From the IMG/VR virus record IMGVR_UViG_3300006030_000040: a stretch of 43,771 nucleotides of DNA. One strand, written 5' to 3'. Origin of the DNA: a virus. The notes under the pieces were generated by a model that had not been told where the DNA came from, made no database searches, and was given only the letters and a program-made list of their open reading frames with translations. Of the stretch, positions 24,672 through 34,600 are shown piece by piece. Position 1 is the stretch's first letter, and each line of letters begins with the position of its first letter. The translations under genes and the position numbers were made by a program.

Positions 24672-26174
24672 ATGGCTGATCTTAAAAAAGCTTATCTTTC
24701 AAACTGGATTAAGGGGGCAAACCAATCAGTAAGCCCACTTTTGATGGATGACGACTCGTTGAAAGTGCAAAATGGGATTGTAACGAGCTACAGGCTAGGG
24801 GCTATGCTGAAAGATACTGGATATTCTAGGCATGGCGGGGTAATCCAGGCTAGTAAATCTATTACAGGACTATTTGACTCAAGAGAAACGCCAAGCATTA
24901 AACGATTATTGGCAACGATTGACGATTCAACAAGTGACGACACTCAGCTTTTCTACGACAATGCGGGCACTTGGACTGAAATTGCGGCTGCAGAGACTGC
25001 TTGGGCTAATTTCGCAGGAATTAATGTAGAGATGGAGAACTTTATCGGGTTTACATTCTTTGTCGGCTACGGCGCTACAGATGGATTTCTTCCAGTGGGG
25101 AGTCTGACGAACACAACCTTCTCGACTTCTACAAATGTCACATCAATGCCAACGGCGAAGTATATTAAGAGGTACAGGGACCGCCTTTATGTGGCAAATT
25201 GCAAGGTAAGTGGCACAGCTTATCCTTATCGAGTTTACTTTTCCTCAGTCCCCTCCGCTGGGGCAATTACTTGGGATACTACTTTGGATTATATCGAAGT
25301 TGATTACTCCGAAGAGATCACGGGAATCGCCGCGGCATGGGATTATTTAGTAATCTTCACCACGGATTCGTTCTATTACTATAATCAAGCGTCTAAAAAG
25401 AAGCTCTGGTCTACTGGCTGTGTGGGGCAAAGGACAATCCAGCAAACGGATTCTTATCTTATCTGGTGCTCCCAGGATGGGGTCTATGTTTCTGCTAATT
25501 TGGGTAGGCCACAGAATATTTCTGGGAATGTAATTGACTTTATTCGTTCAGGTACGCCTTCCAACTTTAAATCTGCCTTGGTGGATGAGGAATATCATCT
25601 TTTCGTGGGGAACGTATCGGTAGACGGCGTAGGCTACACCAATGTGCTTTTGACATTCAACTTTCCGACTTCAAGCTGGAGATGGAGAGAGCTCGCCGAT
25701 GAGATGACAATCTTAGCCAAGTACAATAGCTCTGGAGTCAATAGGCTTTATATGGGGGATACGGCAGGGCAAGTATGGAACAAGGGTAAATTCACGGACG
25801 CAACCTTGGTATGTTCTGACGGCAAAATCGATTCAACGGAGGGGGCGGCCATCTCGGTTAATATAGAAACTAAGCCTTATGCTTTTGGTGATCCATCTGT
25901 GCGAAAGAATATCAAGAAGGTAACAGTCTTCGCAGAGCGTGCTATCGGAGCCCAACTAAAGTTGAGAGCTTACGATACAAACACAAGGGCACTTTCTCCC
26001 TATCAATCGCTAGGCCAACTCACAAAGTACATCAATGTTTTCGATGGCTTAGACCTAGAGGCCAACCTGCTTCAATTTGGGATCACCGAGTCGTCTAAAA
26101 ACGAATACTTCTCAATCCTTGGGATGGTTGTTGAATATGCAGAAGTAGCCATACCTAACACTAGCCGAAAATAA
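24672..26174 (+). CDS. Tail structural protein (500 aa)
   Basis: Long ORF in the late array. Confidence 0.75.
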   Translation: MADLKKAYLSNWIKGANQSVSPLLMDDDSLKVQNGIVTSYRLGAMLKDTGYSRHGGVIQASKSITGLFDSRETPSIKRLLATIDDSTSDDTQLFYDNAGTWTEIAAAETAWANFAGINVEMENFIGFTFFVGYGATDGFLPVGSLTNTTFSTSTNVTSMPTAKYIKRYRDRLYVANCKVSGTAYPYRVYFSSVPSAGAITWDTTLDYIEVDYSEEITGIAAAWDYLVIFTTDSFYYYNQASKKKLWSTGCVGQRTIQQTDSYLIWCSQDGVYVSANLGRPQNISGNVIDFIRSGTPSNFKSALVDEEYHLFVGNVSVDGVGYTNVLLTFNFPTSSWRWRELADEMTILAKYNSSGVNRLYMGDTAGQVWNKGKFTDATLVCSDGKIDSTEGAAISVNIETKPYAFGDPSVRKNIKKVTVFAERAIGAQLKLRAYDTNTRALSPYQSLGQLTKYINVFDGLDLEANLLQFGITESSKNEYFSILGMVVEYAEVAIPNTSRK

Positions 26175-26175
26175 T

Positions 26176-28572
26176 ATGGGTTCGATCTCAGACCTTGGCT
26201 TCACTCTCAATCGAAAAGACATAGACATGTCCTATAATTCTGCCGTATCTGATCTAACTGGAGTAGTTGAAAATGACGTATCTGCTGAAGATGTAGACGT
26301 TGGCTCGTCTACTCCCGACAACTCGATCCCTAGCGACAAGGTCAGCGAATTGAATGTTGAGAAACTTACTACTGGGACGATCTATTCCAGGCAAATCACT
26401 TTAGGGATAACGAACGGTAGCGGAGATGTTTATATTGGAGCTGGAACCTTTACAGCCTCGACTTGGACGTGTGCTAATGGATTCTTGATGGGAATTGACG
26501 ATAGTGACTCAAACAAGGTCAAGTTCTTTCTTGGAGATTCTACCAATTCGATTGACTGGAATGTAACGGCAGCCAATACGATGACAATCAAGGGGACGCT
26601 CGTAGCTGGTGAAATCCACATCCCAGATTTAAACACTACGGCAAACTCATTCCACGTTGAGAGTGATGGCTCTGGATGGATTGGTGCAACCTCTACAAAC
26701 CGTGCCACAGCACCTATTCAATGGACTGCAGCAGGAGTTTGGGACGTTGGGAACGGGACTACTTACATGCGAATGGATGGACCCAATGGGATTTTTAAGT
26801 CCTCAAACTATGTAGCTGACTCAGCAGGGTTTCAGATAACTACTGGAGGTCTTGCTGAGTTTGAGAACATCAGAGCCAGAGGATCGTTGTACGGAACAAC
26901 TTTCAAATATGACGTAGTTAGTGCCGTTGGCGGGCAACTTTTAGTGACCAATGCGGATAGCCTTTCCTCTGCCATGACAGCCTTGGACGCTTCCACGATG
27001 ACGATCACTGGGAATACTACCTTTGCCGCAAACGATATGCTTTTTATCCGAGCCGTTACAGGGTCAGGGATACAAGAAGAATACCTGAGAGTAACAAGTG
27101 CGGCTTCAGCGCCAACTTACACCGTAACCAGAGATCTAGCGGCTACTTATTCGGCTGACAGTAACCCAGCATGGGGGGCGGGGACTGCTGTTGTGAAGAT
27201 TGGAGAGTCAGACGGAGCGGCAACTTATTCAGGAGGGTGGCTTCGTTTACTTGGTGAGGGGACAAATGCACCTTACTACTCGGTCTTTTCCAGAACAGGA
27301 GTTGCTTACAACTCTTATTCTGAAAGAGCACGAATGGGGAACTTAAATGGGATTGGGAGCATTGTTGCAGAGGCTTATGGGATCTTTATCGGGAATTACT
27401 CTGCAGGTCAGTATCTTCAATACGACGATGTTTCAGGTAACTTGATTGTGAACGGATCTCAACTTTCTAATCAAGCGTTGTTTGGAGATGGTTCAGACGG
27501 AGACTCAACAATAAATTCAAACACGTCACTTACAAGTGATACTTTCTATGACGACTTAACGATCACAAACAGCTCTACACTGACTACAAATGGATATCGA
27601 CTTTTTGTCCGTGGCACTTTAACTATTGATTCTGGCTCTAAAATCGCGCGGAATGGGAATGCAGGGTCAGATGGGACTGCTGGCGGAGATGGGTTTACGG
27701 ATTCAGCGACGACAACTGCTGGTACAGCTGGAGGTCTTGGCGGGGCTGGAGGAGCGTTAAGCGATGGATCTCTCCCAGGAAGTCTTTCCGGTGTCGCTGG
27801 CCAAAATGGAACCGTCGGCGCTATTAGGTCTAACACAGGAGGTACTACCAGTGGAACAAATGGAGTGAACGGGACCGCTGGAACAAACCAGGCAAAATGT
27901 ATCGTAGCTACTGCCAAAGCTGGGGTCCCTGGGGGCGGTGGTGGTACTGGCGCTGGAGCTGCACCAGCAGGAGGCAGTCCTGGAGGCGCAGGGACGAATT
28001 CCTCCCTTATCCTAAACGAGATTAGAACTTATGTATCAGCCTACCTTCTTTATGACCCACAGGACGGCACTTGGTACAATACTTCACCGGGGAACGGTGG
28101 TTCAGGGAGCGGCGGATCTGGAAGCGCAACAAACGACAATGGATCAGGCATAGAACGCGCTGCTGGCGGTGGAAGTGGTGGTAGTGGAGGCGGTGGGTCT
28201 TCTGGAGGTACAGTAGCTATTTTTGCTAGAATTATTGTCAATAACGGAACTATCGAGGCTAAGGGTGGCGCAGGTGGAGCAGGCGGCGCAGGCGGCGCGG
28301 GCTCTGTTTACCTTACGGGTAGTGGGGGGGCTGCTGCTGGCGGTGGAGGAGGTGGGGGAGGTGGAAGTGGAGGGAATGGTGGTGCTTTAGTTTTAGTTTA
28401 TAGCTCTTATTCAGGTTCTGGTTCTACCTCAGTAGCAGGCGGAGCAGGTGGGGCTGGGGGTGCAAGAGGGGCCGATGCTTCCTCTGGGACCTCTAGCATC
28501 ACGACTGCATCTACAGCTGGAACAACTGGATTCGACGGAACAACGGGAACATCCATAACTTTACAGGTATAA
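26176..28572 (+). CDS. Tail fibre / spike protein (798 aa) with a Gly-rich C-terminal third
   Basis: It is the largest late ORF. The C-terminal roughly 300 aa are dominated by G, A, S and T runs (GGAGGAGGAGGAG, GGGGGGGGGSGGNGG). Confidence 0.7.
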   Translation: MGSISDLGFTLNRKDIDMSYNSAVSDLTGVVENDVSAEDVDVGSSTPDNSIPSDKVSELNVEKLTTGTIYSRQITLGITNGSGDVYIGAGTFTASTWTCANGFLMGIDDSDSNKVKFFLGDSTNSIDWNVTAANTMTIKGTLVAGEIHIPDLNTTANSFHVESDGSGWIGATSTNRATAPIQWTAAGVWDVGNGTTYMRMDGPNGIFKSSNYVADSAGFQITTGGLAEFENIRARGSLYGTTFKYDVVSAVGGQLLVTNADSLSSAMTALDASTMTITGNTTFAANDMLFIRAVTGSGIQEEYLRVTSAASAPTYTVTRDLAATYSADSNPAWGAGTAVVKIGESDGAATYSGGWLRLLGEGTNAPYYSVFSRTGVAYNSYSERARMGNLNGIGSIVAEAYGIFIGNYSAGQYLQYDDVSGNLIVNGSQLSNQALFGDGSDGDSTINSNTSLTSDTFYDDLTITNSSTLTTNGYRLFVRGTLTIDSGSKIARNGNAGSDGTAGGDGFTDSATTTAGTAGGLGGAGGALSDGSLPGSLSGVAGQNGTVGAIRSNTGGTTSGTNGVNGTAGTNQAKCIVATAKAGVPGGGGGTGAGAAPAGGSPGGAGTNSSLILNEIRTYVSAYLLYDPQDGTWYNTSPGNGGSGSGGSGSATNDNGSGIERAAGGGSGGSGGGGSSGGTVAIFARIIVNNGTIEAKGGAGGAGGAGGAGSVYLTGSGGAAAGGGGGGGGGSGGNGGALVLVYSSYSGSGSTSVAGGAGGAGGARGADASSGTSSITTASTAGTTGFDGTTGTSITLQV

Positions 28573-28847
28573 TGTTTTACTATTACAACGATACAGGCGT
28601 AGTAAAGATGATCTCTCAAGAAGAAATTGAGACAGATTTAAACGTGATTGAACTCCCAGAGGAAGATCTAACGGGCAAACTAGCCCAAATCGTAGAAGGG
28701 GAACTTGTTCTAGAAGATAATCCAGCGCTTGTATCAGAAGCCAAAAAAGAAGCCCTAGAGTCACTTAAAACGGAATATTTAGCAAAAGCAGAGGCAGGGG
28801 CTATGACTCTTGAAGATATGAACGACTTCGTTAAAGCCTTTTTATAG
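28572..28847 (+). CDS. Small acidic protein (91 aa), possible fibre assembly chaperone
   Basis: Its start overlaps the fibre stop by 1 nt. The function is guessed from position only. An alternative start is at 28609. Confidence 0.5.
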   Translation: MFYYYNDTGVVKMISQEEIETDLNVIELPEEDLTGKLAQIVEGELVLEDNPALVSEAKKEALESLKTEYLAKAEAGAMTLEDMNDFVKAFL

Positions 28848-28882
28848 TTTACAAAACTACTTCTCAAACCTAATATTAAATT

Positions 28883-29872
28883 ATGGCAACTCCCAAAAAA
28901 TCATCAGGCTCTAGCAAGAAGACATCTAAGAAAAGTTCTTCAAGCAGTAGTGTTAAAAACGGTAAGACAATTGGGAGTACAAGAACTGCTCCCAAGAAGA
29001 CTGCTGAGTATAAGTCTAAGTATGCGAACAAGAACGTGAGCCCAAAAAATACCACATCAGGCAAATCGTCTCCCATTCAGGGCCGCCCGATGAGCAAGGA
29101 TTATAAGTCTCACTCCGATTATGTTTCTGCTTTAAATAAATACTTGGGCCGCGGACAAACGGCACAGCAAACAACACCCGTAACTGAACAGACCGCTCAA
29201 ACGGTTCAAACGCCTGATAACGTACAGGCTGGAATTGACCTATTGAATTCCGCTGACCTTTCTGCATCAACAAAGGCTTTCTACACTGACGTGTTCAATA
29301 ATTGGGATCCGAATCTAGAATTGAGTCCTGAGAATATCATCAAGGCTTTTGAGAACATTAAGAAAACAAGCATAGATCCCCATCATCAGGATCTTGCGGA
29401 TATCTATATAGCTCAGGTAGAAACTGCTTCAGAGGCAATGCAGGCTCAAAGAGCACTTGAAACGGAAAGCGAAGCTGTTAATGCAGCTCAGGATATTAAA
29501 AATACACAAGCTAATCTAGAGGCTTCAGGCATGACATTTTCTGGTGCGGGGGTAGAGCAATTGGGGACCGACTTAGCGGCTTCAGTCCCTTTTGGAGGCG
29601 CGAGTGTTGAAGGTCTAGTCCCACAAAGGAACAGGCTTATTTCTACCTCTTCAGAGGCAGCATACAAGCAGAACCTTAAGAATCTTGGGCTGGGTGTTGA
29701 GCAATACCTTGGATCAAAGAAAACGAAAGGTCTAGTGAGCGGATATAACACTCTTGGAGGAATTACTGGATCATTCGAGGAATCTAAGCAGGGGGATTAT
29801 GGATCTGCTCTCAGCAATCTTATCAATCAACAAACTGCAAATGTCCAGCAAGGTTATAATTTAGACGTTTAA
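28883..29872 (+). CDS. Internal-virion-like protein (329 aa) with a polybasic Ser/Lys-rich N-terminus
   Basis: MATPKKSSGSSKKTSKKSSSSSSVKNGK..., followed by a Gln/Ala-rich sequence. Confidence 0.7.
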   Translation: MATPKKSSGSSKKTSKKSSSSSSVKNGKTIGSTRTAPKKTAEYKSKYANKNVSPKNTTSGKSSPIQGRPMSKDYKSHSDYVSALNKYLGRGQTAQQTTPVTEQTAQTVQTPDNVQAGIDLLNSADLSASTKAFYTDVFNNWDPNLELSPENIIKAFENIKKTSIDPHHQDLADIYIAQVETASEAMQAQRALETESEAVNAAQDIKNTQANLEASGMTFSGAGVEQLGTDLAASVPFGGASVEGLVPQRNRLISTSSEAAYKQNLKNLGLGVEQYLGSKKTKGLVSGYNTLGGITGSFEESKQGDYGSALSNLINQQTANVQQGYNLDV

Positions 29873-29881
29873 CACTTTAAT

Positions 29882-31915
29882 ATGGCAATGACTCAAGAAC
29901 AAAAAGATGCTTATATGGCTCAGCAAAGGGCCAGCTCAAACATGAGTGCTGCCGAACGCAAAGCAGCTTCTGAGGCTCAAGGATACGTAGGCGCTGGGGC
30001 TAGAACTGGCCTGATTGGAGCTGCTGGCACCACACCTGTACAAGTTCCTGTAGAAACGCCTTCGGTGCCTAGAAATCTAGATGCTGAAGCTGCAACGGTC
30101 AAACAGCTTGGAACTGTACCGCAAACCGAAGCTGAAAAGGCCGAGATGGTCTTGGCAACTTATGGAGATAATATTCCAACGGAGTTCCAGGATTTGATGG
30201 ATCGTTACAATTCTTTACAGGGGACTACAAATCAGGCGGCATTTTCTCAATTTGGACAGGATCTAACGGCAGCAGGACAGGAAGCGGCAGCTTTTCAAGG
30301 TGCAGTAGATGAACAGGCTGGACAAATACCTGGCGAGCTCGGGATCTTACAGGAAGCACTTAGACTTAAATCAGGAGTTGGAAATCAACCTCTTGGTGAA
30401 AGTGACATATTTAAACAGGCAGGTGTCGGAGGATACGGAGCTCTCTCCTCTTCCTTGGCAGCTCATGGTGCTGAGATGGATTTCAAATACACGAGTTTTG
30501 CGAACATGGTGAATCAGGCGGCTAAGTTTCAATATGGCGAAAATGCTAAGTATGCAGCACAGGCTAAATCCGCGCTAGATCAGTTCGCTATTCTCCAGGA
30601 TTCTTTCCGTTACGAACAAGGCCGTCTTGATGACATTGCTGCTAGAGCTGAGGCTGTACAAAATGAGCTTTATATTTATGGAGAGAAGTTAAAGATGGAT
30701 GCCGCTTACGAGGACGCTAAGAATTCAAGTCAAAGTCTTGGCAATAGCACCGAGTTGACTACAGAACAGGCGCAGCAAATCTTCCAAATTCCTGGTCAAA
30801 GTCGATATCGTGAGGCGGGGGAGTGGGAATGTGGGGAAGGATACAATAGGATTACAGATGGTGAGAAAGTAGGGTCTGACTATTCGACAAAGATGTCGGC
30901 AGTTACAAAGCGAGATGCGCCGGAAGTTGGTAACGGTTTAGTGCTCCCATTAACAGCTAAAGGCCAAGGGCTTACCACTGGACATGTCGAGACGGTTATC
31001 TCTATTGATAATGGGCTTATCCAGACTGTTTCTTGGAATAGACGCGGAGATGGGCAGCAAACACTCGAAACTTATACTATAGAAGAGCTCAACGACCTAT
31101 ATGGTGAAAACTGGGGCTTTACGGATAGTAGACTTAAACCTGAATACCAACAATCACTCGCAGACATGTCTGGTGAAAGTACAGATAAATATTCTTATAC
31201 ATCTTTTTACCAACAAGCTATTGCGGATGGACAGTCCCCAGAAAGTGCAGCTGCATTCGCTGATAAACAATACGCTGCATCACAAAGCTTTTCTACCATT
31301 GACCAGGCTAATAAGTACTACCAGTATGCCAAGATGATCCCAGAGGAAATGACATATGCCAAGGTTACTGCAGACATGACTGATGCTGAGCTTGAAGCTT
31401 ACGCGGAAAATAACGGGTACTTTGTTAAAAAGTTGCAACAATATGATCCTGACGACGTTTTAACTGCACAAATAGTTAACGAACTATTCACGACGCCAGA
31501 GGAAAGACAACTGTTCTTAGCTCAGGCTAGATGGGTAGGAGGTAAACTTCGTGGGGAGTCTGGAGCGGCTATTTCTATAGGTGAATATCTGAACGAAGGG
31601 CAGCAATTTTGGCCTCAGAAGGGTGATGATGCTGCAATGATCAAAGAAAAGGAAAAGGCTAGAGAAAATATCTTGGACAGTCTCTATAATATCAGTGGAC
31701 TGCATGGGCAGAAATTGATCGACGAGATGATGTCTCAACAAGAAACTGAGCCTCAGGAGGAGGAAGACCCACTTGTCTCTGAATATAAATCTGCAGAGGT
31801 GGCGAATGACCCTGACTACGAAGAGGCAAAGAAGAGCTGGGATGGAGTACCTGCTGATGCCCCTTCAGACTGGGAAACTTACGTCAAAAATTTACAATCT
31901 AAACTAGGACAATAA
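29882..31915 (+). CDS. Internal virion / ejection protein (677 aa) with a central CHAP/NlpC-P60-like peptidoglycan hydrolase domain
   Basis: GEWECGEGYN (candidate Cys) and TTGHVETVISIDNGLIQTVSWN (GHV...N pattern of CHAP domains), flanked by Ala/Gln-rich regions. Confidence 0.65.
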   Translation: MAMTQEQKDAYMAQQRASSNMSAAERKAASEAQGYVGAGARTGLIGAAGTTPVQVPVETPSVPRNLDAEAATVKQLGTVPQTEAEKAEMVLATYGDNIPTEFQDLMDRYNSLQGTTNQAAFSQFGQDLTAAGQEAAAFQGAVDEQAGQIPGELGILQEALRLKSGVGNQPLGESDIFKQAGVGGYGALSSSLAAHGAEMDFKYTSFANMVNQAAKFQYGENAKYAAQAKSALDQFAILQDSFRYEQGRLDDIAARAEAVQNELYIYGEKLKMDAAYEDAKNSSQSLGNSTELTTEQAQQIFQIPGQSRYREAGEWECGEGYNRITDGEKVGSDYSTKMSAVTKRDAPEVGNGLVLPLTAKGQGLTTGHVETVISIDNGLIQTVSWNRRGDGQQTLETYTIEELNDLYGENWGFTDSRLKPEYQQSLADMSGESTDKYSYTSFYQQAIADGQSPESAAAFADKQYAASQSFSTIDQANKYYQYAKMIPEEMTYAKVTADMTDAELEAYAENNGYFVKKLQQYDPDDVLTAQIVNELFTTPEERQLFLAQARWVGGKLRGESGAAISIGEYLNEGQQFWPQKGDDAAMIKEKEKARENILDSLYNISGLHGQKLIDEMMSQQETEPQEEEDPLVSEYKSAEVANDPDYEEAKKSWDGVPADAPSDWETYVKNLQSKLGQ

Positions 31916-31916
31916 T

Positions 31917-33779
31917 ATGGCACTTACCTCTCAAGACAAAGCATTCCTAGATAAGCAAAAGGCCAAAGGGCTTTCGTTTGATGAAGCGTGGGCCAATTTA
32001 TCTTCGGTTAAAGAAAAGATGGGGCTTACTGGAGGATCTTTCATGACTCGCGCTGCTTCTGTAGCTGAAAATGCTCCAGGGGCTTCTATGGCGACTGTCG
32101 ATAAAGGCACTAAAGTTAAAGAGAATTTTTCAGCAATAGGGAAAGAGGATGGTCAAGAAAACTTCAATCCAACTTTAGGGGAATCTGCTAAAGAGGTAGC
32201 CCTTAATGCGCTTGTACCCGGGGGCTCTATAGGGCTAGACCTTTTAAAGGGTGGGGTTAAAGGGGTAGCTTCGGCGGTGTCTGGAGCGTCAAGCTTAGGG
32301 GAAAAGATGATAAATACTGTCCTGCCTGATGCCTGGAATAGCGAAGGTGGCACATTATTTTCTGAAGGGAAAGGGCAAACCTCTGGGGAAATGGCTAAAG
32401 GGAGCGCACTTTTACAAACCGAGGGCACAACCGAGAAAGTCGGTAAGTTTATTGGGGAAAATGTTTTACCTGCTGTAGCGGGAGGCGTCGCTGGAGCAAG
32501 TGCTAAAGTTTTAGGGGGCGGCTCTAAAGTCGCTCAAGGATTGCTCGGGTTCCTGGGGAGTTCCGCAGGAGGAACCACAGGCTATACGGTAGGTGCTAAA
32601 GGAGATTTGCCAACGGCGAAAGAGCTTGCAGCGGGAGCAGTTATTGACGCCGCGACTCTTGGGGCCCTCAAATTCCTTCCGAAAGTGCTCTCTGGTGGCA
32701 AAGGAGCTCTCAGCAAAACTTATGACCTCGCCAAGAATAAGGGGCTTAGCCCTATGACCGTAGACGCAGTGGAATCTCTAGCCAAAAACACTAGCCCGCA
32801 AAATGCAAAGACTGTTTTTGATGGGCTTGTCGACCAGGAAGTCGCATACTTAAAAAATCCTATCAAAAACCCTTCGGCCTTGGCCACTACCGGTAAAGAG
32901 TTGTTTACCGACTTCACAGAAAACTTATTGCCACAAAAAGCTGCCATTGGCAGTGAACTGGCTTCACAAATAGGAGTAGCTGATGATCTAGCACAAGCTG
33001 CTGGTGGGCTAACGTCAAAGGGAGTACTTGAGTCTTTGACTTCAGGATTAGGCGATATTGGGGTGAAAGCTACTGCAACAGGTCTAGACTTCAGTGGATC
33101 AAAAGTGAGGTTCAGTGAGGCAAACCAAACGATGCTAAGTAAGGTTTATCAAGAAATACAAAAATATGTAGCCGATGGGTCTTTTATTCCACCATCTGAA
33201 AAATGGACACTATCACAAGCATTAGGCGATCTCGTAGAATACAACGCCAAACTGTCCTCTCAGGTGACTGGGGCGGGGGAACTCCCAATCATTAAACTCA
33301 AAGGCGACCTTATGGCAGACGTTAAGAGCTCTCTTGAAGAAAGCGGGCAGGCTGTCGATCTATTTGACCAATACAAGACATATTCTGACGCTATTGACTC
33401 TTTGAACTTACGCTTGGGCGAAGGTGGGGAAGGTGGGTTTTCGATCCTAAAGGCATTGCAGGGCGAACAGAAGTTTGGCGCAGAGGTAAGGGAGGCGCTG
33501 CAGACCATGCAGGATATTACTGGGAAAGATTATTTCGAGATGGTGAGACAGGCATTGGCTGCCGCAGAAATAGCAGGGAATACACAGGTCAAGAGCTTAC
33601 TAGCCACTACTTCAAAGGCTGGGCTATTAGAAGAAATAGTGCGCACGGGGTTCATGGACAAAAGGGCTATTCTTAATCGTCTTGTTGAAGAAACTCCTGA
33701 TGTAGCGAGGGGTACGCTAGAAAAAACAGTTTCGGCCCTCGCCAAAATTCTTGGAGTTGAGCTAGTCGCTGGGGAGTAA
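31917..33779 (+). CDS. Internal virion / ejection protein (620 aa), Gly/Ala-rich with hydrophobic segments
   Basis: Long ORF with VLPAVAGGVAGASAKVLGGGSKVAQGLLGFLGSSAGG-type segments. Position and composition resemble podovirus ejection proteins. Confidence 0.7.
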   Translation: MALTSQDKAFLDKQKAKGLSFDEAWANLSSVKEKMGLTGGSFMTRAASVAENAPGASMATVDKGTKVKENFSAIGKEDGQENFNPTLGESAKEVALNALVPGGSIGLDLLKGGVKGVASAVSGASSLGEKMINTVLPDAWNSEGGTLFSEGKGQTSGEMAKGSALLQTEGTTEKVGKFIGENVLPAVAGGVAGASAKVLGGGSKVAQGLLGFLGSSAGGTTGYTVGAKGDLPTAKELAAGAVIDAATLGALKFLPKVLSGGKGALSKTYDLAKNKGLSPMTVDAVESLAKNTSPQNAKTVFDGLVDQEVAYLKNPIKNPSALATTGKELFTDFTENLLPQKAAIGSELASQIGVADDLAQAAGGLTSKGVLESLTSGLGDIGVKATATGLDFSGSKVRFSEANQTMLSKVYQEIQKYVADGSFIPPSEKWTLSQALGDLVEYNAKLSSQVTGAGELPIIKLKGDLMADVKSSLEESGQAVDLFDQYKTYSDAIDSLNLRLGEGGEGGFSILKALQGEQKFGAEVREALQTMQDITGKDYFEMVRQALAAAEIAGNTQVKSLLATTSKAGLLEEIVRTGFMDKRAILNRLVEETPDVARGTLEKTVSALAKILGVELVAGE

Positions 33780-33904
33780 ACACCCTAGAACGATCACGCC
33801 TAAAATCCCCCCCCAAAATCCAAATATTGAGAAGCAAGCAACGGAACCGATAAGCCAGATGGCACACATAAGCCCATCATACACTCGCTTAATAACTTGT
33901 CAAC

Positions 33905-34129
33905 ATGCCCCCAGCAAAAGGTAAAAAATTCGTGAAAGTAGTAGGAGGTAAAAAGGTCTCCTATGGCGCAAAAGGCTATAAGATCAAACCTGGAACCAAA
34001 GCAGGTGACTCGTATTGTGCTCGTTCTCTGGGGATTGCTAAAAAACATCCTTCCGCTCGAAAACCTAACTCGCCTAATCAGCTCTCACGTAAAAAGTGGG
34101 GATGTAAAGGTTCTAAATCATCTAAATAA
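33905..34129 (+). CDS. Small polybasic protein (74 aa)
   Basis: MPPAKGKKFVKVVGGKKVSYGAKGYKIKPGTKAGDSYCARSLG..., about 30 percent Lys/Arg. I prefer this to the overlapping 5' extension of the next ORF. Confidence 0.6.
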   Translation: MPPAKGKKFVKVVGGKKVSYGAKGYKIKPGTKAGDSYCARSLGIAKKHPSARKPNSPNQLSRKKWGCKGSKSSK

Positions 34130-34130
34130 T

Positions 34131-34472
34131 ATGCCAGAATCAGAACTCACAAAAGGACTCATTGATTATCTTAAATCTGATGCCGTAGTGCTCAAACAAA
34201 TGGCACAGGACAACAAACAGGCTAATGAGGTCATGAAGGTAACGATGGACAACCTTAAGGAAACATTGATCGACATCAAGGACTTTATGAAAGGGGTTAG
34301 CAATGGGTATGTTACAGTTAAGGATTTCGAGGAAAACAAACAGCTTAAAGAGAAAGAACATAACGCTATCTGGGAAAGGGTCAAGAGATTAGAAGGGGGG
34401 TTTATCGCAGGAGCAGGGTTTACGCTTTCATCTTTTTTAGGTTTACTTATATGGTACGTCTTTCAAAAATGA
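34131..34472 (+). CDS. Coiled-coil protein with a C-terminal transmembrane anchor (XhlA-like architecture), candidate holin-associated lysis protein
   Basis: YVTVKDFEENKQLKEKEHNAIWERVKRLEGGFIAGAGFTLSSFLGLLIWYVF. It is a paralogue of 36682..37095. Confidence 0.6.
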   Translation: MPESELTKGLIDYLKSDAVVLKQMAQDNKQANEVMKVTMDNLKETLIDIKDFMKGVSNGYVTVKDFEENKQLKEKEHNAIWERVKRLEGGFIAGAGFTLSSFLGLLIWYVFQK

Positions 34473-34600
34473 CAACAAAACTCATTAGTATCGCAACGAT
34501 CTCATTATGGGTATCTGCCCTTGCCTTGCTTTGGGCTTTTGGGTTCATAGGTGTATATTTAGTAGCGTCTAGTGCTACTTTTAACAATCTTATTGCATGA
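34469..34600 (+). CDS. Small membrane protein (43 aa), candidate holin/spanin-like
   Basis: Hand-translated: MTTKLISIATISLWVSALALLWAFGFIGVYLVASSATFNNLIA. It has ATGA overlaps on both sides. Confidence 0.5.
   Translation: MTTKLISIATISLWVSALALLWAFGFIGVYLVASSATFNNLIA

Noticed and set aside
27650-28560. Collagen-like triple-helix repeat in the fibre
   Set aside because: The glycines are not spaced in a G-X-Y triplet register. The runs are poly-Gly and GA/GS mixtures.
27546-28619. Antisense and alternative-frame ORFs (27546..27917, 28050..28241, 28407..28619) within the fibre gene
   Set aside because: They are by-products of the GC-rich (GGN)n coding tract (Pro/Ala-rich translations) and are nested in a long, well-supported sense ORF.
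33963-34130. 5' extension of the 34131 ORF, overlapping the 74-aa basic gene in another frame
   Set aside because: The polybasic frame 33905..34129 ends one base before an ATG that starts the membrane protein. That end-to-end packing is the simpler model.
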